Of a DNA stretch of 64,000 nucleotides, positions 10,158-21,159 are shown piece by piece; position 1 is the first letter of the stretch; each line of letters opens with the position of its first letter. Source of the DNA: an uncultured Elusimicrobia bacterium (GTDB taxonomy: Bacteria > Elusimicrobiota > Elusimicrobia > 2-01-FULL-59-12); NCBI GenBank assembly GCA_963702895.1, contig OY969767.1, positions 2,418,398 to 2,482,397 on the forward strand, read 5' to 3'. Below the pieces are notes generated by a model that had not been told where the DNA came from, searched no databases, and saw nothing but the letters and a program-made list of their open reading frames with translations. A program made the position numbers and the translations under genes.

Positions 10158-10391
10158 GGGACCCGGCCTCGAACCATTACAGTGTCCAGACGTCGTGGAC
10201 GAAGAAAAGTGTGAGTACAGCTTAAGCATCAAGACGAGGCGACGGTAAGAAAAACGCTCAAATAGCTAGTCGCACCACGGCCTACTTCAAAGGCAAGGAG
10301 AGACCTTTTGTCATTAAAGAATTTACTTGCGCCCGCTTTCAGAAAAGTTTTCGGGTTAACAGACCGCAAGGGTGCTTTTTTCAGGAGACGT

Positions 10392-11597
10392 CTAGCTGGA
10401 ACCCCTCGGCCGAATGGCCAGAACGAGCGCGTTGGCCACGGGCCTGCCACCTTCGAAGTAACGCTCATCCGCGGGGGCTTCTCCTTGCTGCGCGAAGATC
10501 GCACGCGACCTCCCCCCATCGAGCGCGATCGCCTCTTGAACGTTCATCTTGGAGAGCACGTAAGCCAATTGTTCATAGGACAAATTGCCGTTTGAATTTT
10601 TATGGGCCCAAAGCAAGACGATATCACCGTTCGCTTTCTCTGCCAGGGCAACACGGTCGCGACTTTTGAGCGTATGCAAACGCTCTTGTTGCGCCGTCAC
10701 TTGAATCTGGCCACGTTCGATCAGGCGCGGCCCAGCCAGAAGACCATGCACGATCTCTTGGGATGACCAGGCGGCTGGCAGCGACCAGGTGGCACGAACG
10801 AGAGCGCCACTCCTCAGGAGACTGGCACTGGCCCGCGCATCGCCGTGCAAAGCGACCACCAGGCCGTCCGGTGGGATCCGAAGGGGCCCCTGCCGAAAGT
10901 GGTCCTGGATTCGGTAGATCCCAGGCCGTGCGGGCTCGCTCTGTGCCGTGAGATAAATTGCATCACGAGGAATTCTGAGAAGTTTCCCATAGAGGGGCGT
11001 GAAAAGCGTCAGCGCGTTTTTTCCCCCAGGAATGTTGATATGGTGGACGGCGATTTTGGCCGCGCGGAAAGGCTTCCCCTTCCCTACGGCGAAGGTCTCC
11101 ATCCAGACCTTCGGCATCTGACGAGGCGAGGCGATGTGGAGGCGGGCCCGCGTAAGTCCGCCCTTCGAATCGCTAAATCCGACCATGCTTCGGGTAAAGC
11201 CCTGGGGCATGTTAAAGAATTCCATTTTCCGATCACGCATGAGAAACCCGATCGGGAGCCCTGTGGCCGTATCAAAAAATCCCCCGTTAATAGCCGCAAT
11301 CACGGTCCACCGGGTCTGCGCGCTAAAACGCCGGGCGATTTCACGGATGGACTCCGTCCCCGGGCCCTGGTCCCGGTAGAAGGGCACAGGGATAAGTTCC
11401 AGGCTCTCGGATCGCGCGCTGGCTGTGACATACTTGAGCGTGAGGTCCCCTTGCCTCTTGATAATAAAGCGTCCCGTACCGTTTGAGACGAGCCCATTCT
11501 GCCAGAACGTCGGAACGGAACGCTCCGGCTGGTCGACCAAGAGGGCCGAGACCAGAGCACAACAACCCAGGAGAAGGCGTTCCTTAGAGATGTTCAT
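10392..11597 (-). CDS. Phosphodiester glycosidase family protein (NAGPA-like), secreted
   Basis: Signal peptide; AINGGFFDTATGLPIGFLMRD motif characteristic of the phosphodiester glycosidase family. Confidence 0.6.
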   Translation of the reverse strand: MNISKERLLLGCCALVSALLVDQPERSVPTFWQNGLVSNGTGRFIIKRQGDLTLKYVTASARSESLELIPVPFYRDQGPGTESIREIARRFSAQTRWTVIAAINGGFFDTATGLPIGFLMRDRKMEFFNMPQGFTRSMVGFSDSKGGLTRARLHIASPRQMPKVWMETFAVGKGKPFRAAKIAVHHINIPGGKNALTLFTPLYGKLLRIPRDAIYLTAQSEPARPGIYRIQDHFRQGPLRIPPDGLVVALHGDARASASLLRSGALVRATWSLPAAWSSQEIVHGLLAGPRLIERGQIQVTAQQERLHTLKSRDRVALAEKANGDIVLLWAHKNSNGNLSYEQLAYVLSKMNVQEAIALDGGRSRAIFAQQGEAPADERYFEGGRPVANALVLAIRPRGSS

Positions 11598-11649
11598 TCA
11601 GCCAAGCGTATCCGCAGAAAGCGATAAATTCAACCGATGGTTTTAGGCC

Positions 11650-13536
11650 CTAATGGAGCAATCTGATTTGTTTCTGAATATCACCCAAACGCTGGCTCAG
11701 CTCTTTGACCCGTGCAGGGTTTTCGTGGGTCTCAAGACGCGCCATTTCACTCAGCAAGAGTGACTCTGTGTCCTGGAGCTGCCGCAGCACCTCCTGCTTC
11801 CGTTTTTGTTCCTCTTCCAGCCGATATTTCGCCTGGCGCTGTTCCGCTTCAAGCCGCTTTTGATCTTTGGTTTTTCGTTGGGAGCCTTGCGCCTGGCGGG
11901 GCTGAGCGGGTCCCCGGGCTGGGTGAGCGTGGGGAACCAGAAACGGCTGGCGGTGGTGGGCCTGCTCAATGCGCTCTTCAGAACGGAAAAGCTCCGCTTC
12001 TTCCCCTTCTTCCTGGGCTTTTTTATGAAGAAAATAGTCATAGTCGCCGGGGTACCAGGTGACTTTGCCTTTTTGGACATGGATGACGTGATCCGCGAGC
12101 TGCCGGATGAAATAGACGTCATGGCTGATAAAGCAGAGGGTCCCTTCGAAGCTCTTCAAGGCTTCGAGGAGAACATCGACGCTCGCCATGTCTAAATGGG
12201 TGGTGGGTTCATCCAGAAGCATCAGATTGGGAGGGTCCAATAAGAGTTTCGCAAGCCCCAGCCGGCTTTTTTCACCACCGCTGAGCACCTCAATCTTTTT
12301 GAAGACGGCGTCCCCCCGAAAAAGAAAGGACCCGAGCAAGGTGCGAATGGTTTGTTCCGTGTGATGGCGCTTGGTGTGGAGCGCTTCTTCGAGGACCGTT
12401 TTGTCCGGGCGGAACATCTCTGCCCGATGCTGTGAGTAATAGCCCACCTCCACGTTATGCCCCAGTTTTGTTTCACCTCCTTGATAAGGGACGACCCCTG
12501 CCAGAAGCTTGATTAAGGTGGATTTGCCGGCACCGTTCGGCCCGACCAGCGCGATTTTTTGGCCGCGCTCCAGCGTCAAGTCGAGGCCCTCATAGACCCA
12601 TGTTTTCCCGTCGTAAGACTGCCGGATGTTTTTGAGCGCCATCACATTCTGGCCGCTTCGGGCAGGTTGCGGAAAGGAAAATCCAACCGTTTTGAGCTCC
12701 TCGGGCAGTTCGATGCGCTCCATCTTTTCGAGATACTTGATTTTGGCCTGGGCCCGCGAGGCCGTGGACGCCTTCGCGCGGAATTTGTTGATGAAATCTT
12801 CCAGTTCCTTAATCTCTTTCTGCTGCCGCGTGTACGCCGCGATGAGATTTTTTTCTTCCTGCTTCTTCTGTGCCAGGTAGTCCTCAAAAGTGCCGGTGTA
12901 GATGTTGAGCTTCTGTCCGCGGACTTCGACAATCCGATCGACCACGCTGTTGATAAATTCCCGATCATGGGAGATGAGAAAAATCGCGCCCCTGTAGTTC
13001 TGCAGGTAGTCCTGAAACCAAAGCAGAGATTCCAAATCCAAGTGGTTGGTGGGTTCGTCCAACATCAAAAGATCCGGCTCATCCAGAAGGAGCCGGGCGA
13101 TTGCCACGCGCATCTGCCACCCGCCCGAGAGCTCCGAGATCGGGCGGTCGAATTCGCTCTGCCGAAATCCCAACCCCGCTAAAATCCTCTTCGCCCTCGG
13201 GACCCGGGTCGAGTCGGCCGACTCCTGCCCCACCAACTCGTCGAGCACCCGATGGTGCGAAAACTCCGCGGTCTCTTGAGGCAGGTAGCCAAAGCTCACG
13301 CCGGTTCTGTGTTGGATGGAGCCTTCATCGGTCTCCAGGCGCCCCATGATGAGCTTGAAGAGGGTCGATTTGCCCGCACCGTTGGGCCCCACCAGAGCAA
13401 AACGGTCCCTTTCATTGATCTGGAGGGAGGCGGACTCGAAGAGCGTCTGATCTCCGAAAGCTTTCGATATGTTTTTCAGTGTAATCATGCTCGAGATTGC
13501 TTCGCCCATAATGGTTCCAGCGAAGTCCAAGGACAC
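11650..13536 (-). CDS. ABC-F family ATPase (tandem ABC domains, no transmembrane domain) with C-terminal coiled-coil tail
   Basis: Two Walker A motifs (GPNGAGKSTLFKL and GPNGAGKSTLIKL), two ABC signatures (LSGGWQMRVAIARLL and LSGGEKSRLGLAKLL), inter-domain linker, charged Q/R/K/E-rich C-terminus. Confidence 0.85.
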   Translation of the reverse strand: MSLDFAGTIMGEAISSMITLKNISKAFGDQTLFESASLQINERDRFALVGPNGAGKSTLFKLIMGRLETDEGSIQHRTGVSFGYLPQETAEFSHHRVLDELVGQESADSTRVPRAKRILAGLGFRQSEFDRPISELSGGWQMRVAIARLLLDEPDLLMLDEPTNHLDLESLLWFQDYLQNYRGAIFLISHDREFINSVVDRIVEVRGQKLNIYTGTFEDYLAQKKQEEKNLIAAYTRQQKEIKELEDFINKFRAKASTASRAQAKIKYLEKMERIELPEELKTVGFSFPQPARSGQNVMALKNIRQSYDGKTWVYEGLDLTLERGQKIALVGPNGAGKSTLIKLLAGVVPYQGGETKLGHNVEVGYYSQHRAEMFRPDKTVLEEALHTKRHHTEQTIRTLLGSFLFRGDAVFKKIEVLSGGEKSRLGLAKLLLDPPNLMLLDEPTTHLDMASVDVLLEALKSFEGTLCFISHDVYFIRQLADHVIHVQKGKVTWYPGDYDYFLHKKAQEEGEEAELFRSEERIEQAHHRQPFLVPHAHPARGPAQPRQAQGSQRKTKDQKRLEAEQRQAKYRLEEEQKRKQEVLRQLQDTESLLLSEMARLETHENPARVKELSQRLGDIQKQIRLLH

Positions 13537-13589
13537 AAGCGCGGATTATACCTGACCCGTGTCAGGCAGATATACTATCCTTATAAATT

Positions 13590-15023
13590 ATGGGACGCGG
13601 TAAAAGATGGCCCATCGTGCTACTGTTGCTGCTGCTTCTTTTGGGATTTCTGTGGTGGCGCTTCTCTCGTCTTCAAAAGCCGGAGACTCTCCCGCCACCC
13701 CCCGTCATGCCATCGAGCGTGACCACCGTGACGCCGCTTCCGGAGCCGCCCAAACCAACACCGGCCGTCCGCCCGAAACCGGCCCCGACCACGAGCACCG
13801 GGGCCCCTGTGGCTCCAAAAGTCAAGCTCCACAAGGAACTGATCCCTAAGAATATCGAAATTGTGCGCTGCTATTATGCCGCTGAGGTGATCCCTCCGGG
13901 AGCCACGCTTGGCTTTGATATCAATGGATCGGGCTTCACCAGTGAATTTGAGAAAATGATCCGGGTGGATGCGGGACATGAACATGTCTCCGTCAAGAAT
14001 CTGTTGCTGGTCACCGCCAATCAGATTCATGGAGAGATCGTCGCAGGCGAGCGCGCGAAAACAGGTTTTGTCTTTCCTCGCGTCCTTATTAAAGGGCTAC
14101 CCGTGTTTAGCGCTCCTGAGCCTTTCGCCATTGTGCGAAAAGGCGAGGTCCTGACTGTGTTTTTCACCAGCATGCAAGAGAATGGGCGCGGTGGGAAATT
14201 TCGCGTGATTACCCATCTTGATGAGAAGATGGCCAAGACCTTTCGCATTGAACCCAGCACGCCCGGCATCGTTGTTTCCGAGATTGAGCCAGAACTTCCT
14301 TATTTAGTGCATGGTTCCATGCAGATCACGCCCGGTGTCCCTCCGGGCGATCATGGTCTGACCATGTCGATTCATGGGAAGGAGGTCTTCAAACGTATGG
14401 GGATGATCCGCATTGTGCGACCCAACGTTGGGCAGCTGGGCTTTATTCAGAATTTGTCGGCGGAGGAACGGTATCATCGCCCTGGTGACATGATTCAAAT
14501 CTACGTTCAGGGAACTGGCCTCTCCGCGGAAGATGCGCCCAAACTCAGGGCCAAAGTCGAAGAATTTAATCTGGGCCAGGGCTCCTTCACTTATCTTTCC
14601 CCTTTTCAGATCAGGCTTGCTCTCCAAAGCCTGACCACGATGCCCCTGAAGTCCTACAGCGTGAAAATTCAGAATGAGTCCGGGACGGAGCTCTTTGAGA
14701 AAAAGAACCTGTTTGAACTTGTCCCTCCAAACTGGGTCAAGGGAGTGCAGGTATCCCCGCCTCTGAAAGCAGGAGGGAAAAGTCTCCTCAGAGTTATAGG
14801 GCGCGATTTGACCGAAGACTTTGCGACCGCGTTTCGCATCGAAGTCGATGAGTCTGGGATTACGCTGGGGCCCATCCAGCGCGAGAGCGCCACCACCCTT
14901 TCCGCCGACATTATGGCATCGGACGGGGTGGCGCCGGGCGACTATTGGCTGCATCTTTCAGCGCACCATGCCAAGATCAGTCCACCTTTTGGCAGTATCA
15001 TTAAAGTCGAAGCGTCCCACTAA
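13590..15023 (+). CDS. Hypothetical membrane-anchored protein with Pro-rich linker
   Basis: N-terminal hydrophobic anchor (PIVLLLLLLLLGFLWW), Pro/Thr-rich linker, then about 380 aa with no motif I recognise. Confidence 0.5.
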   Translation: MGRGKRWPIVLLLLLLLLGFLWWRFSRLQKPETLPPPPVMPSSVTTVTPLPEPPKPTPAVRPKPAPTTSTGAPVAPKVKLHKELIPKNIEIVRCYYAAEVIPPGATLGFDINGSGFTSEFEKMIRVDAGHEHVSVKNLLLVTANQIHGEIVAGERAKTGFVFPRVLIKGLPVFSAPEPFAIVRKGEVLTVFFTSMQENGRGGKFRVITHLDEKMAKTFRIEPSTPGIVVSEIEPELPYLVHGSMQITPGVPPGDHGLTMSIHGKEVFKRMGMIRIVRPNVGQLGFIQNLSAEERYHRPGDMIQIYVQGTGLSAEDAPKLRAKVEEFNLGQGSFTYLSPFQIRLALQSLTTMPLKSYSVKIQNESGTELFEKKNLFELVPPNWVKGVQVSPPLKAGGKSLLRVIGRDLTEDFATAFRIEVDESGITLGPIQRESATTLSADIMASDGVAPGDYWLHLSAHHAKISPPFGSIIKVEASH

Positions 15024-15041
15024 CATTCCAGGGAGGTCTTT

Positions 15042-15638
15042 ATGTCACATCTTCGTATCGGGTTGGTTGCATCGCTGCTGTCGCTCTTCCTCATCCCTCA
15101 AGCCCCCGGTTGGTCAGCAGAATTCGAGATTGATCCAACCCACTCGAGTGTCGGATTCGTGGTCAAACATATCGTCTCCAAGGTCAAGGGGCAATTTAAC
15201 GAATTTACCGGGTCCTTCCGTTATGACCCCAAGGCCCCCGAGAAGTCTTCCGTCGAAGCCGTCCTCCAGGCCCACAGTATCAACACGAATATGGCCAAGC
15301 GTGATGATCATCTGCGCTCACCGGACTTCTTTGACACCGCCAAGTATCCCACAGCGACCTTTAAGAGCACTTCCGCAAAGAGCGCAGGCGACCATCGGTT
15401 GGAAGTGCCCGGCGTTTTGACGCTGCATGGGGTCTCGAAGCCTGTTGTCCTGAGCGTCCAAGGAGGCGAGATGGCCAAGGATCCCTGGGGAGGGACCCGC
15501 ACCGGCTTTACGGCAACGACCACCATCAACCGCAAAGACTTTGGCATCTCGTGGAATAAGACGCTCGATAACGGCGGGCTGCTGATTGGGGACGAAGTTC
15601 GGATTGAGATTGAAATTGAGGGCGTACAGAAGAAGTAG
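15042..15638 (+). CDS. yceI: YceI-family periplasmic protein
   Basis: Signal peptide, EFEIDPTHSSVGFVVKHIVSKVKGQF block and typical length (198 aa). Strong SD (GGGAGG) upstream. Confidence 0.75.
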   Translation: MSHLRIGLVASLLSLFLIPQAPGWSAEFEIDPTHSSVGFVVKHIVSKVKGQFNEFTGSFRYDPKAPEKSSVEAVLQAHSINTNMAKRDDHLRSPDFFDTAKYPTATFKSTSAKSAGDHRLEVPGVLTLHGVSKPVVLSVQGGEMAKDPWGGTRTGFTATTTINRKDFGISWNKTLDNGGLLIGDEVRIEIEIEGVQKK

Positions 15639-15713
15639 AACCGGATAGGCGCCCTGGCCCGGCACTCGTTCAAAGAGAGAGGGGGGCTTGTTCAGGCCGC
15701 AGGGCCTGTCTCC

Positions 15714-16121
15714 TCACCAATCCTCAGCGGAGATCTTTCGTAAGCCCTTCTTTTCGGCCTGGTGGTGCTTGGCGGCGAGCATCTTTTCTTTGGAGCGCCT
15801 GGACCGTCGCCTTTTCTGGCGGCGGATCTTTTCGATTCGCCGCTGTTCCTCTGACTTTTTCCCGAGCCTCATCGCCTCGTAGCGTTCCAGCAGGCGCCGT
15901 CGAGCCAGGAACCGATTGACCGCCTGGGAACGGTCTTCTTGACATTTCACCAGGATCCCCGTTGGCCGATGGAAGATCTGCACGCAGGTGGAGGTTTTGT
16001 TGACGTGTTGACCACCGGCGCCGCTGGAGCGGACAAAACTCTCTTCGATATCCTTCTCCTGAAGGCCAAGAGCGCGCATTTTGTCCCGAAGCGATTGCTC
16101 TTTTTGCGGGCTGATGCTCAC
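15714..16121 (-). CDS. arfB: Alternative ribosome-rescue factor ArfB (peptidyl-tRNA hydrolase with GGQ motif)
   Basis: 135 aa; [17 protein letters not shown] motif and a basic C-terminal tail ([16 protein letters not shown]). Confidence 0.8.
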   Translation of the reverse strand: MSISPQKEQSLRDKMRALGLQEKDIEESFVRSSGAGGQHVNKTSTCVQIFHRPTGILVKCQEDRSQAVNRFLARRRLLERYEAMRLGKKSEEQRRIEKIRRQKRRRSRRSKEKMLAAKHHQAEKKGLRKISAEDW

Positions 16122-16164
16122 GAGGGGCGAAGGGCGAGGGGCGAGGGGCGAAGAGGCATCGTGA

Positions 16165-18660
16165 TCACTCTTCTCTCTTCGTTTTCCGCCCTGGGGTCGC
16201 GGCGGGAAATTCTTGTTCCATTCCTTTGCGGATCTTCCGGACCGTCTCTTCCGCGGCGCGCTTCATGCGCCCGTCATAATCACCCGTCGTGTATTTCATA
16301 AGAGCGTCGGTTGCGCGCTCATCGGCAAACGTCCCCAGCGCCCGGACCGCGGTCAGTTGAACAAGGAGGTGCTTGTCTTCCAGCAGCCCTACCAAATGGT
16401 TCTGGACGTCCTCGCGCCCGCCTCGCCCCAACGAGGCAAGCCTTCGGATCGCCGTCATGCGCACATGGGGATGGTACCCCGAGCGGCTGTATTGCTTAAG
16501 AATCGCGCGAGATTCCGCTAACTGGAGTGAGCCGATGGCATCGAGGGCTGCGCACCGGAAAGTGTCATTCCAAGATTCTTTCTTCAAGTACTCCTTGAAG
16601 AGGCTGAGGAGGGAGGGATCTTTCATGCGGCCCAGAGAGCGGAGCGCTTCGCTTTGCGCAAAGTAGCTTTTTTCATGGGGCAGCCCAGAACGGATTTCTG
16701 CCTCCACTTTGGGAGTGGGGTAGGACCCGAGCGCTTCATAAATGGCCCGTCGCACTTTGGGATGCTGGATCTGGCGCAAAGCCTCGAGCAGCGCCTCCGC
16801 GGCCCCCGCCATGCCCGCATGGCCTAAAGCGCGGGCGATGTTCACCTGAACACCCCAAAATTGTTCCTTGAGAAGCGCCTGGCGAAGCGCCTGGACCGCG
16901 GAGGGGCTCGCAAGACGCCCCAGGGCGGCGGCCGCGTCCACCCTTCCCAGAAGATGAGGGTCCTCGGTGAGCTGGACAGCCCACATCTCTTCGGACTTGG
17001 CGAAATCAACTCGCTTGAGCAAACCATGATCGGGATCAAAGAGGATGAGCCGAGGCGGCGCGGACAACGTGTAGCAAAAGAGCTGGTCCTTCTTGTCGAG
17101 GGTTCCCTTAAATCGTCGAGAGACCCCCCCCACATCGACAGCCCATTCCACGGGGAGCGTGTAAAGCGGCGTTTCATCATTGACCGTCTGGGTTTGCAGG
17201 ACCCTCAAGTTCAGCTTTCTTGATTTCGCGTCCCACCAGGACCGGATCTTGATCTCGGGATGGCCTCCCTTGTAGACCCATTGGTCAAAGAACGACCGCA
17301 TGTTCCTGCCGGTGGCTTCCTGAATGGACTCAATGAGGTCGATCGTTTCCACGCCTTGAGCTTTGTGGCGCGCGAGGTAGGTATGAATAGAGCGCCACCA
17401 GTCCCGGTCCCCTAACAGGCGCCGGATCATGTGCAAAATGCATGCCCCCTTCTCGTAAAGGTGACGGTCAAAGAGATCGTTCGTGTTTTTATACAGTTTG
17501 GTCGAAAGCGGCCGACGGTAGCGGTCTTTGTCCTCGTCAAAATAGGTCTCGGCATTCGTGCGCATCTCGTACATAAACTCATCATGGCCGAGATCATGCT
17601 CACGGAAAAGGGCCTCAAAATAGGTGGCAAAGCTTTCATTGAGCCAAGCATGCGACCAGTCCTTGCAAGTGACCAGATCGCCAAACCACTGATGGGCAAG
17701 CTCATGCGCCACCAGAGGGTCGCTTGTGAAATCGAGATGGGCCCGCTCATCATGCAGGGTCAGCGCCGTTTGGGTGGTGCAGGAGGTGTTCTCCATTCCT
17801 CCATAGATAAAATCGATTGCCGCGACCTGCGCGTATTTCGCGTAAGGGTAAGGAACTCCCAGTTTTTTGGAAAAGAAATCGATCATTCTGGGGGTGTTGC
17901 CAAAAGCGCGCTTGGCGTCTTCTTCCCGGCCCGCAGGACAGTAATAGAGCACAGGGACCCTGCCCCAACGGTCTTTGATTTCGCTGAACTCTCCCACGGC
18001 CAGCGAGACCAAATAAGGGGAATGGGGTACATTCTGTTTCCAGTGGAAGGTCCGGGTGGCACCCTTACGCTGGACGCCCAGCAAGGCCCCGTTGGAGATG
18101 GCCGTGAATCGGGAGGGCACGCTCACGATCATTTCTGTGGTCGTTTTCTCCTGCGGGGCATCATGGCAAGGAAACCAGTAACGGTTGTATTCGTCTTCGC
18201 CTTGGGTCCAGGCCTGAAGGGGCTTCTGGGGATAGTGCCGATCGGGACCGATGAAGTGGAGCCCGAGCTTAGGCCGAACGACCCGATAGTCAATCGTGAC
18301 TTCCAGGGAAGCTCCGCGGCGCACTGGCGTCGGCCACTTGATCTTGAGCTCGCGGCCGGAATAGGTGAATGGAAGTCTCTTGCCCTTGGCGCTGACGCGT
18401 ACCTCGATGAAGTTGACCGCGTCGAAGAGGATGTCGGTCGCACCATCCGCGATGGCCACCAAAGATGAGGTGCAGCGTCCACGCAGCGATTGCTTTGAGA
18501 AATCGAGCGCTAACTCGAGCCGAATATGGCGGGTGTCAAAAAGACGGTCCGGGGCGTAATGCGGCGTGGCCCCCGGATAGGCAAAGCGGCCATCCGCTGC
18601 CCAGGCACCTGTATAGGCACGACATCGCATTTCTTCATTCACCTTCGTGTTCCTTTTCAA
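16165..18660 (-). CDS. M1-family zinc aminopeptidase (aminopeptidase N-like) with C-terminal HEAT repeats
   Basis: GGMEN exopeptidase motif, HELAHQWFG HExxH zinc motif with downstream NESFATYFE, then HEAT-like repeats. Confidence 0.85.
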   Translation of the reverse strand: MKRNTKVNEEMRCRAYTGAWAADGRFAYPGATPHYAPDRLFDTRHIRLELALDFSKQSLRGRCTSSLVAIADGATDILFDAVNFIEVRVSAKGKRLPFTYSGRELKIKWPTPVRRGASLEVTIDYRVVRPKLGLHFIGPDRHYPQKPLQAWTQGEDEYNRYWFPCHDAPQEKTTTEMIVSVPSRFTAISNGALLGVQRKGATRTFHWKQNVPHSPYLVSLAVGEFSEIKDRWGRVPVLYYCPAGREEDAKRAFGNTPRMIDFFSKKLGVPYPYAKYAQVAAIDFIYGGMENTSCTTQTALTLHDERAHLDFTSDPLVAHELAHQWFGDLVTCKDWSHAWLNESFATYFEALFREHDLGHDEFMYEMRTNAETYFDEDKDRYRRPLSTKLYKNTNDLFDRHLYEKGACILHMIRRLLGDRDWWRSIHTYLARHKAQGVETIDLIESIQEATGRNMRSFFDQWVYKGGHPEIKIRSWWDAKSRKLNLRVLQTQTVNDETPLYTLPVEWAVDVGGVSRRFKGTLDKKDQLFCYTLSAPPRLILFDPDHGLLKRVDFAKSEEMWAVQLTEDPHLLGRVDAAAALGRLASPSAVQALRQALLKEQFWGVQVNIARALGHAGMAGAAEALLEALRQIQHPKVRRAIYEALGSYPTPKVEAEIRSGLPHEKSYFAQSEALRSLGRMKDPSLLSLFKEYLKKESWNDTFRCAALDAIGSLQLAESRAILKQYSRSGYHPHVRMTAIRRLASLGRGGREDVQNHLVGLLEDKHLLVQLTAVRALGTFADERATDALMKYTTGDYDGRMKRAAEETVRKIRKGMEQEFPAATPGRKTKREE

Positions 18661-18771
18661 TCATGGTCGCAAGGCCATGGGCAAGGCGGTGCGCTATTCC
18701 ATAACACCGAGCCGATGGCAGGCGGTCATTTTATCAATTTCTCGCTTTTTCAAACCTCTTGCAAAAACAAT

Positions 18772-19551
18772 ATGAATCAGCTACATAAAACTATGCGTCC
18801 AGGGCCACGAAAGCATAAGAGCTGTGTCTTCATCTCCGTTCTGTGTCTCTTGCTTCAAACCACCCTGCTCCAATGTGCGGAAACGCCCTTCACGCGTGTC
18901 TACGCGTTAAAGAATATTGAGGCTCCTATTGTTATCCAACTTCTCAATTTTTCCGTAGTGGATGCTTCAAAAAAACGAATCCTCTCCGGCCAGGGAAAGA
19001 GATTGGTTGTGACAGACACTGAGGCAAATCAAAATGCCATCGCCGAACTCTTGCCGATCATTGACCAACCCACGACGGAATCAGAACCACGGAAAATACT
19101 CATGGAAGCAGGTGTGCGGCTGACCAATTATCTCAACAGTCGTGCGAAGGAAAGAGAAGGATATGCTCCATCAGGGGCCTCTGCGATGACTGCCTTATCA
19201 CCCTCAGGACCAGCTCAAACCTATGATGACAGGAAGAGAACAGTTGCCTACAAGAGCGTCTACTCCAATGAGGACGAAATACTAAATAAGAAGACTCGTG
19301 TGATCACCAACGATCCGCCCCTTCCTTCAGTCGCCAATCTTACTCTCCAAGGAATATTTTTCATCAATCCTCGAACACCGATCGCACTTCTTTCCTTTCA
19401 GGGCACAAATTTTACAGCTCGCAACGGCGGTCTTTATTACAACAACAAGTCTCCCTTGAAGGGCATTTCCACGAAGGTTCTGAAAGACCGCGTTATTGTC
19501 ACAGGTCCCGATAGAATTCCTAGAGAAATCACTTTCAAGACCAGCCTATGA
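18772..19551 (+). CDS. Secreted protein with secretin-N-like domain
   Basis: Start moved to the ATG at about 18772; the longer track ORF would overlap the 5' end of the convergent aminopeptidase gene. Signal peptide SCVFISVLCLLLQTTLLQCAE. Domain VYALKNIEAPIVIQLLNF...RLVVTDTEANQNAIAELLPIIDQ resembles secretin N-terminal domains. Lower local GC. Confidence 0.5.
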   Translation: MNQLHKTMRPGPRKHKSCVFISVLCLLLQTTLLQCAETPFTRVYALKNIEAPIVIQLLNFSVVDASKKRILSGQGKRLVVTDTEANQNAIAELLPIIDQPTTESEPRKILMEAGVRLTNYLNSRAKEREGYAPSGASAMTALSPSGPAQTYDDRKRTVAYKSVYSNEDEILNKKTRVITNDPPLPSVANLTLQGIFFINPRTPIALLSFQGTNFTARNGGLYYNNKSPLKGISTKVLKDRVIVTGPDRIPREITFKTSL

Positions 19552-20045
19552 GAGTCCGGCAAACCATGAGACAGGGTCGTGGTGGGTGGATGCTGACCGA
19601 GCTACTCATTCTCCTTGTTATCGTGAGCATCATCTATTGCATTTTTCTAGCTTCCTACGATGCTTTACAGGCCAGACTCCGCTTTAACGTGGTCAAAGCC
19701 AATATGGACGCGATAAGCAAAGCTGCCTTTGTGGATTTCACTTCCAGCAAGGACCACGTATGGGCTCCTATGGTGGCTCCAGGCTCAGCTCCGAGTTTCA
19801 CAGCATCGCACCTCTCCAAATGGCCGGAACCACCCTGCCCTGGGTGGATGTATGGTTGGGATAATTATTACGGGGTGGCGACGGTCAAGGCCGTGCGCGT
19901 CACTGTTTATCAACGTAACGGGCATGCCCTTTGGAGCATTTGTTTAGAAAACTATGGCGGCGATTGTGAGGGAGCCGATATGTTTGGCGACAGCCCGACA
20001 GAACTGTCCAAAGTGACCGATCGCTACGTCTATTGCAACGAGTAA
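19548..20045 (+). CDS. Type IV pilin-like protein (prepilin-type N-terminal cleavage/methylation domain)
   Basis: RQGRGG|WMLTELLILLVIVSII: Gly at the cleavage site, Glu at mature position +5 and a hydrophobic helix. C-terminal Cys residues. Start overlaps the stop of the upstream gene. Confidence 0.6.
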   Translation: MRVRQTMRQGRGGWMLTELLILLVIVSIIYCIFLASYDALQARLRFNVVKANMDAISKAAFVDFTSSKDHVWAPMVAPGSAPSFTASHLSKWPEPPCPGWMYGWDNYYGVATVKAVRVTVYQRNGHALWSICLENYGGDCEGADMFGDSPTELSKVTDRYVYCNE

Positions 20046-20076
20046 TAGCCTTCCTTTCCTTTTGTAGAATGCGGCG

Positions 20077-21156
20077 GTGTCCATACCGCCATTAAAAATC
20101 CCTTCCTTTCCCTCCAGCGCTTCCCAGGCTCTCGAACAATCTCCTTTCATGAGGGCCTGTCGCAAGGAAACCGTGCCGTATACGCCCATTTGGCTCATGC
20201 GCCAAGCGGGGCGCTACATGAAGGAATACCGCACGCTCCGGGAAAAACATGGATTTGTCGAGCTCTGCAAGAATTCGGATCTGGCCTGCGAAGTCACCGT
20301 GTACGCGGCAGAGCGTCTCAAGGTCGATGCGGCCATCATCTTTTCTGATCTGCTCCTGATTCTCGAGCCTATGGGGATTCAGCTGGAATATTCCAAGGGG
20401 GAGGGTCCTGTCATTGGAAATCCCATTCGCTCCTCCAGCGACATCGAACGGCTGCGCGCTTTTTCCGATCCTGCCTCGCTTTCTTTTGTTTTCGACGGCC
20501 TCCGTAAGACACGTCAAGCGCTTCCCTCTGAAATTCCTCTGATCGGGTTTGCAGGCGCACCGTTTACGCTGGCGTCCTACATGATCGAAGGCGGCGGCTC
20601 GGATCATTATCTCCACACGAAAACGCTCATGCGCGGCTCCCCCCGGGACTGGAACGCTCTGATGGTGAAACTGTCCCAGTCTCTGGTCGGCTATCTCAAT
20701 GGCCAAATCGCGGCGGGGACTCAATGCGTCCAGCTCTTTGACAGCTGGGTGGGGTGCCTGAGTCCCGCGGATTACAAAACCTACGTTCTCCCCCACGCCC
20801 AATACGTCATTCGCCACATCACTCCAGGGGTCCCCGTCATCCATTTCGGGACGGGTACAGCGGCGCTCTTAGAACTCATGAAAGAGGCAGGAGGAGACGT
20901 GATCGGCCTGGACTGGCGTGTGGAACTGGGGGAGGCTTGGAACCGGCTGGGATCCGTCGCCGTCCAGGGAAATATGGATCCTGTTTTTCTCTTAAATGAT
21001 GTGGCCGCGATCCGGCGAGAAGCCAAGCGCATCCTCGATCAGGCCGCCGGCCGTCCGGGCCACATCTTTAACCTTGGGCATGGCGTTGTGCCGCAAACGC
21101 CCGTCGATCACGCCAAGGCCCTCGTCGACGCGGTCCATGAAATGAGCCAGAGGTGA
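20077..21156 (+). CDS. hemE: Uroporphyrinogen decarboxylase
   Basis: TPIWLMRQAGRYMKEYR N-terminal signature. Track ORF begins at a GTG at 20077; the ATG at about 20149 is an alternative start. Confidence 0.85.
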   Translation: MSIPPLKIPSFPSSASQALEQSPFMRACRKETVPYTPIWLMRQAGRYMKEYRTLREKHGFVELCKNSDLACEVTVYAAERLKVDAAIIFSDLLLILEPMGIQLEYSKGEGPVIGNPIRSSSDIERLRAFSDPASLSFVFDGLRKTRQALPSEIPLIGFAGAPFTLASYMIEGGGSDHYLHTKTLMRGSPRDWNALMVKLSQSLVGYLNGQIAAGTQCVQLFDSWVGCLSPADYKTYVLPHAQYVIRHITPGVPVIHFGTGTAALLELMKEAGGDVIGLDWRVELGEAWNRLGSVAVQGNMDPVFLLNDVAAIRREAKRILDQAAGRPGHIFNLGHGVVPQTPVDHAKALVDAVHEMSQR

Positions 21157-21159
21157 TCC

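Noticed and set aside
17431-18468. Long antisense or overlapping ORFs in the track (17431-18468 +, 5746-6453 -, 20092-20844 -, 21688-22677 -, 34056-35072 +, 46166-46921 -, 60529-61488 -)
   Set aside because: Each lies opposite a gene with clear family motifs and has low-complexity, Arg/Gly/Pro-rich composition; treated as high-GC artefacts.
18526-18771. Longer N-terminal extension of the secretin-N-domain gene
   Set aside because: The extension would overlap the 5' end of the convergent aminopeptidase gene and precedes the evident signal peptide; the start was moved to the ATG near 18772.
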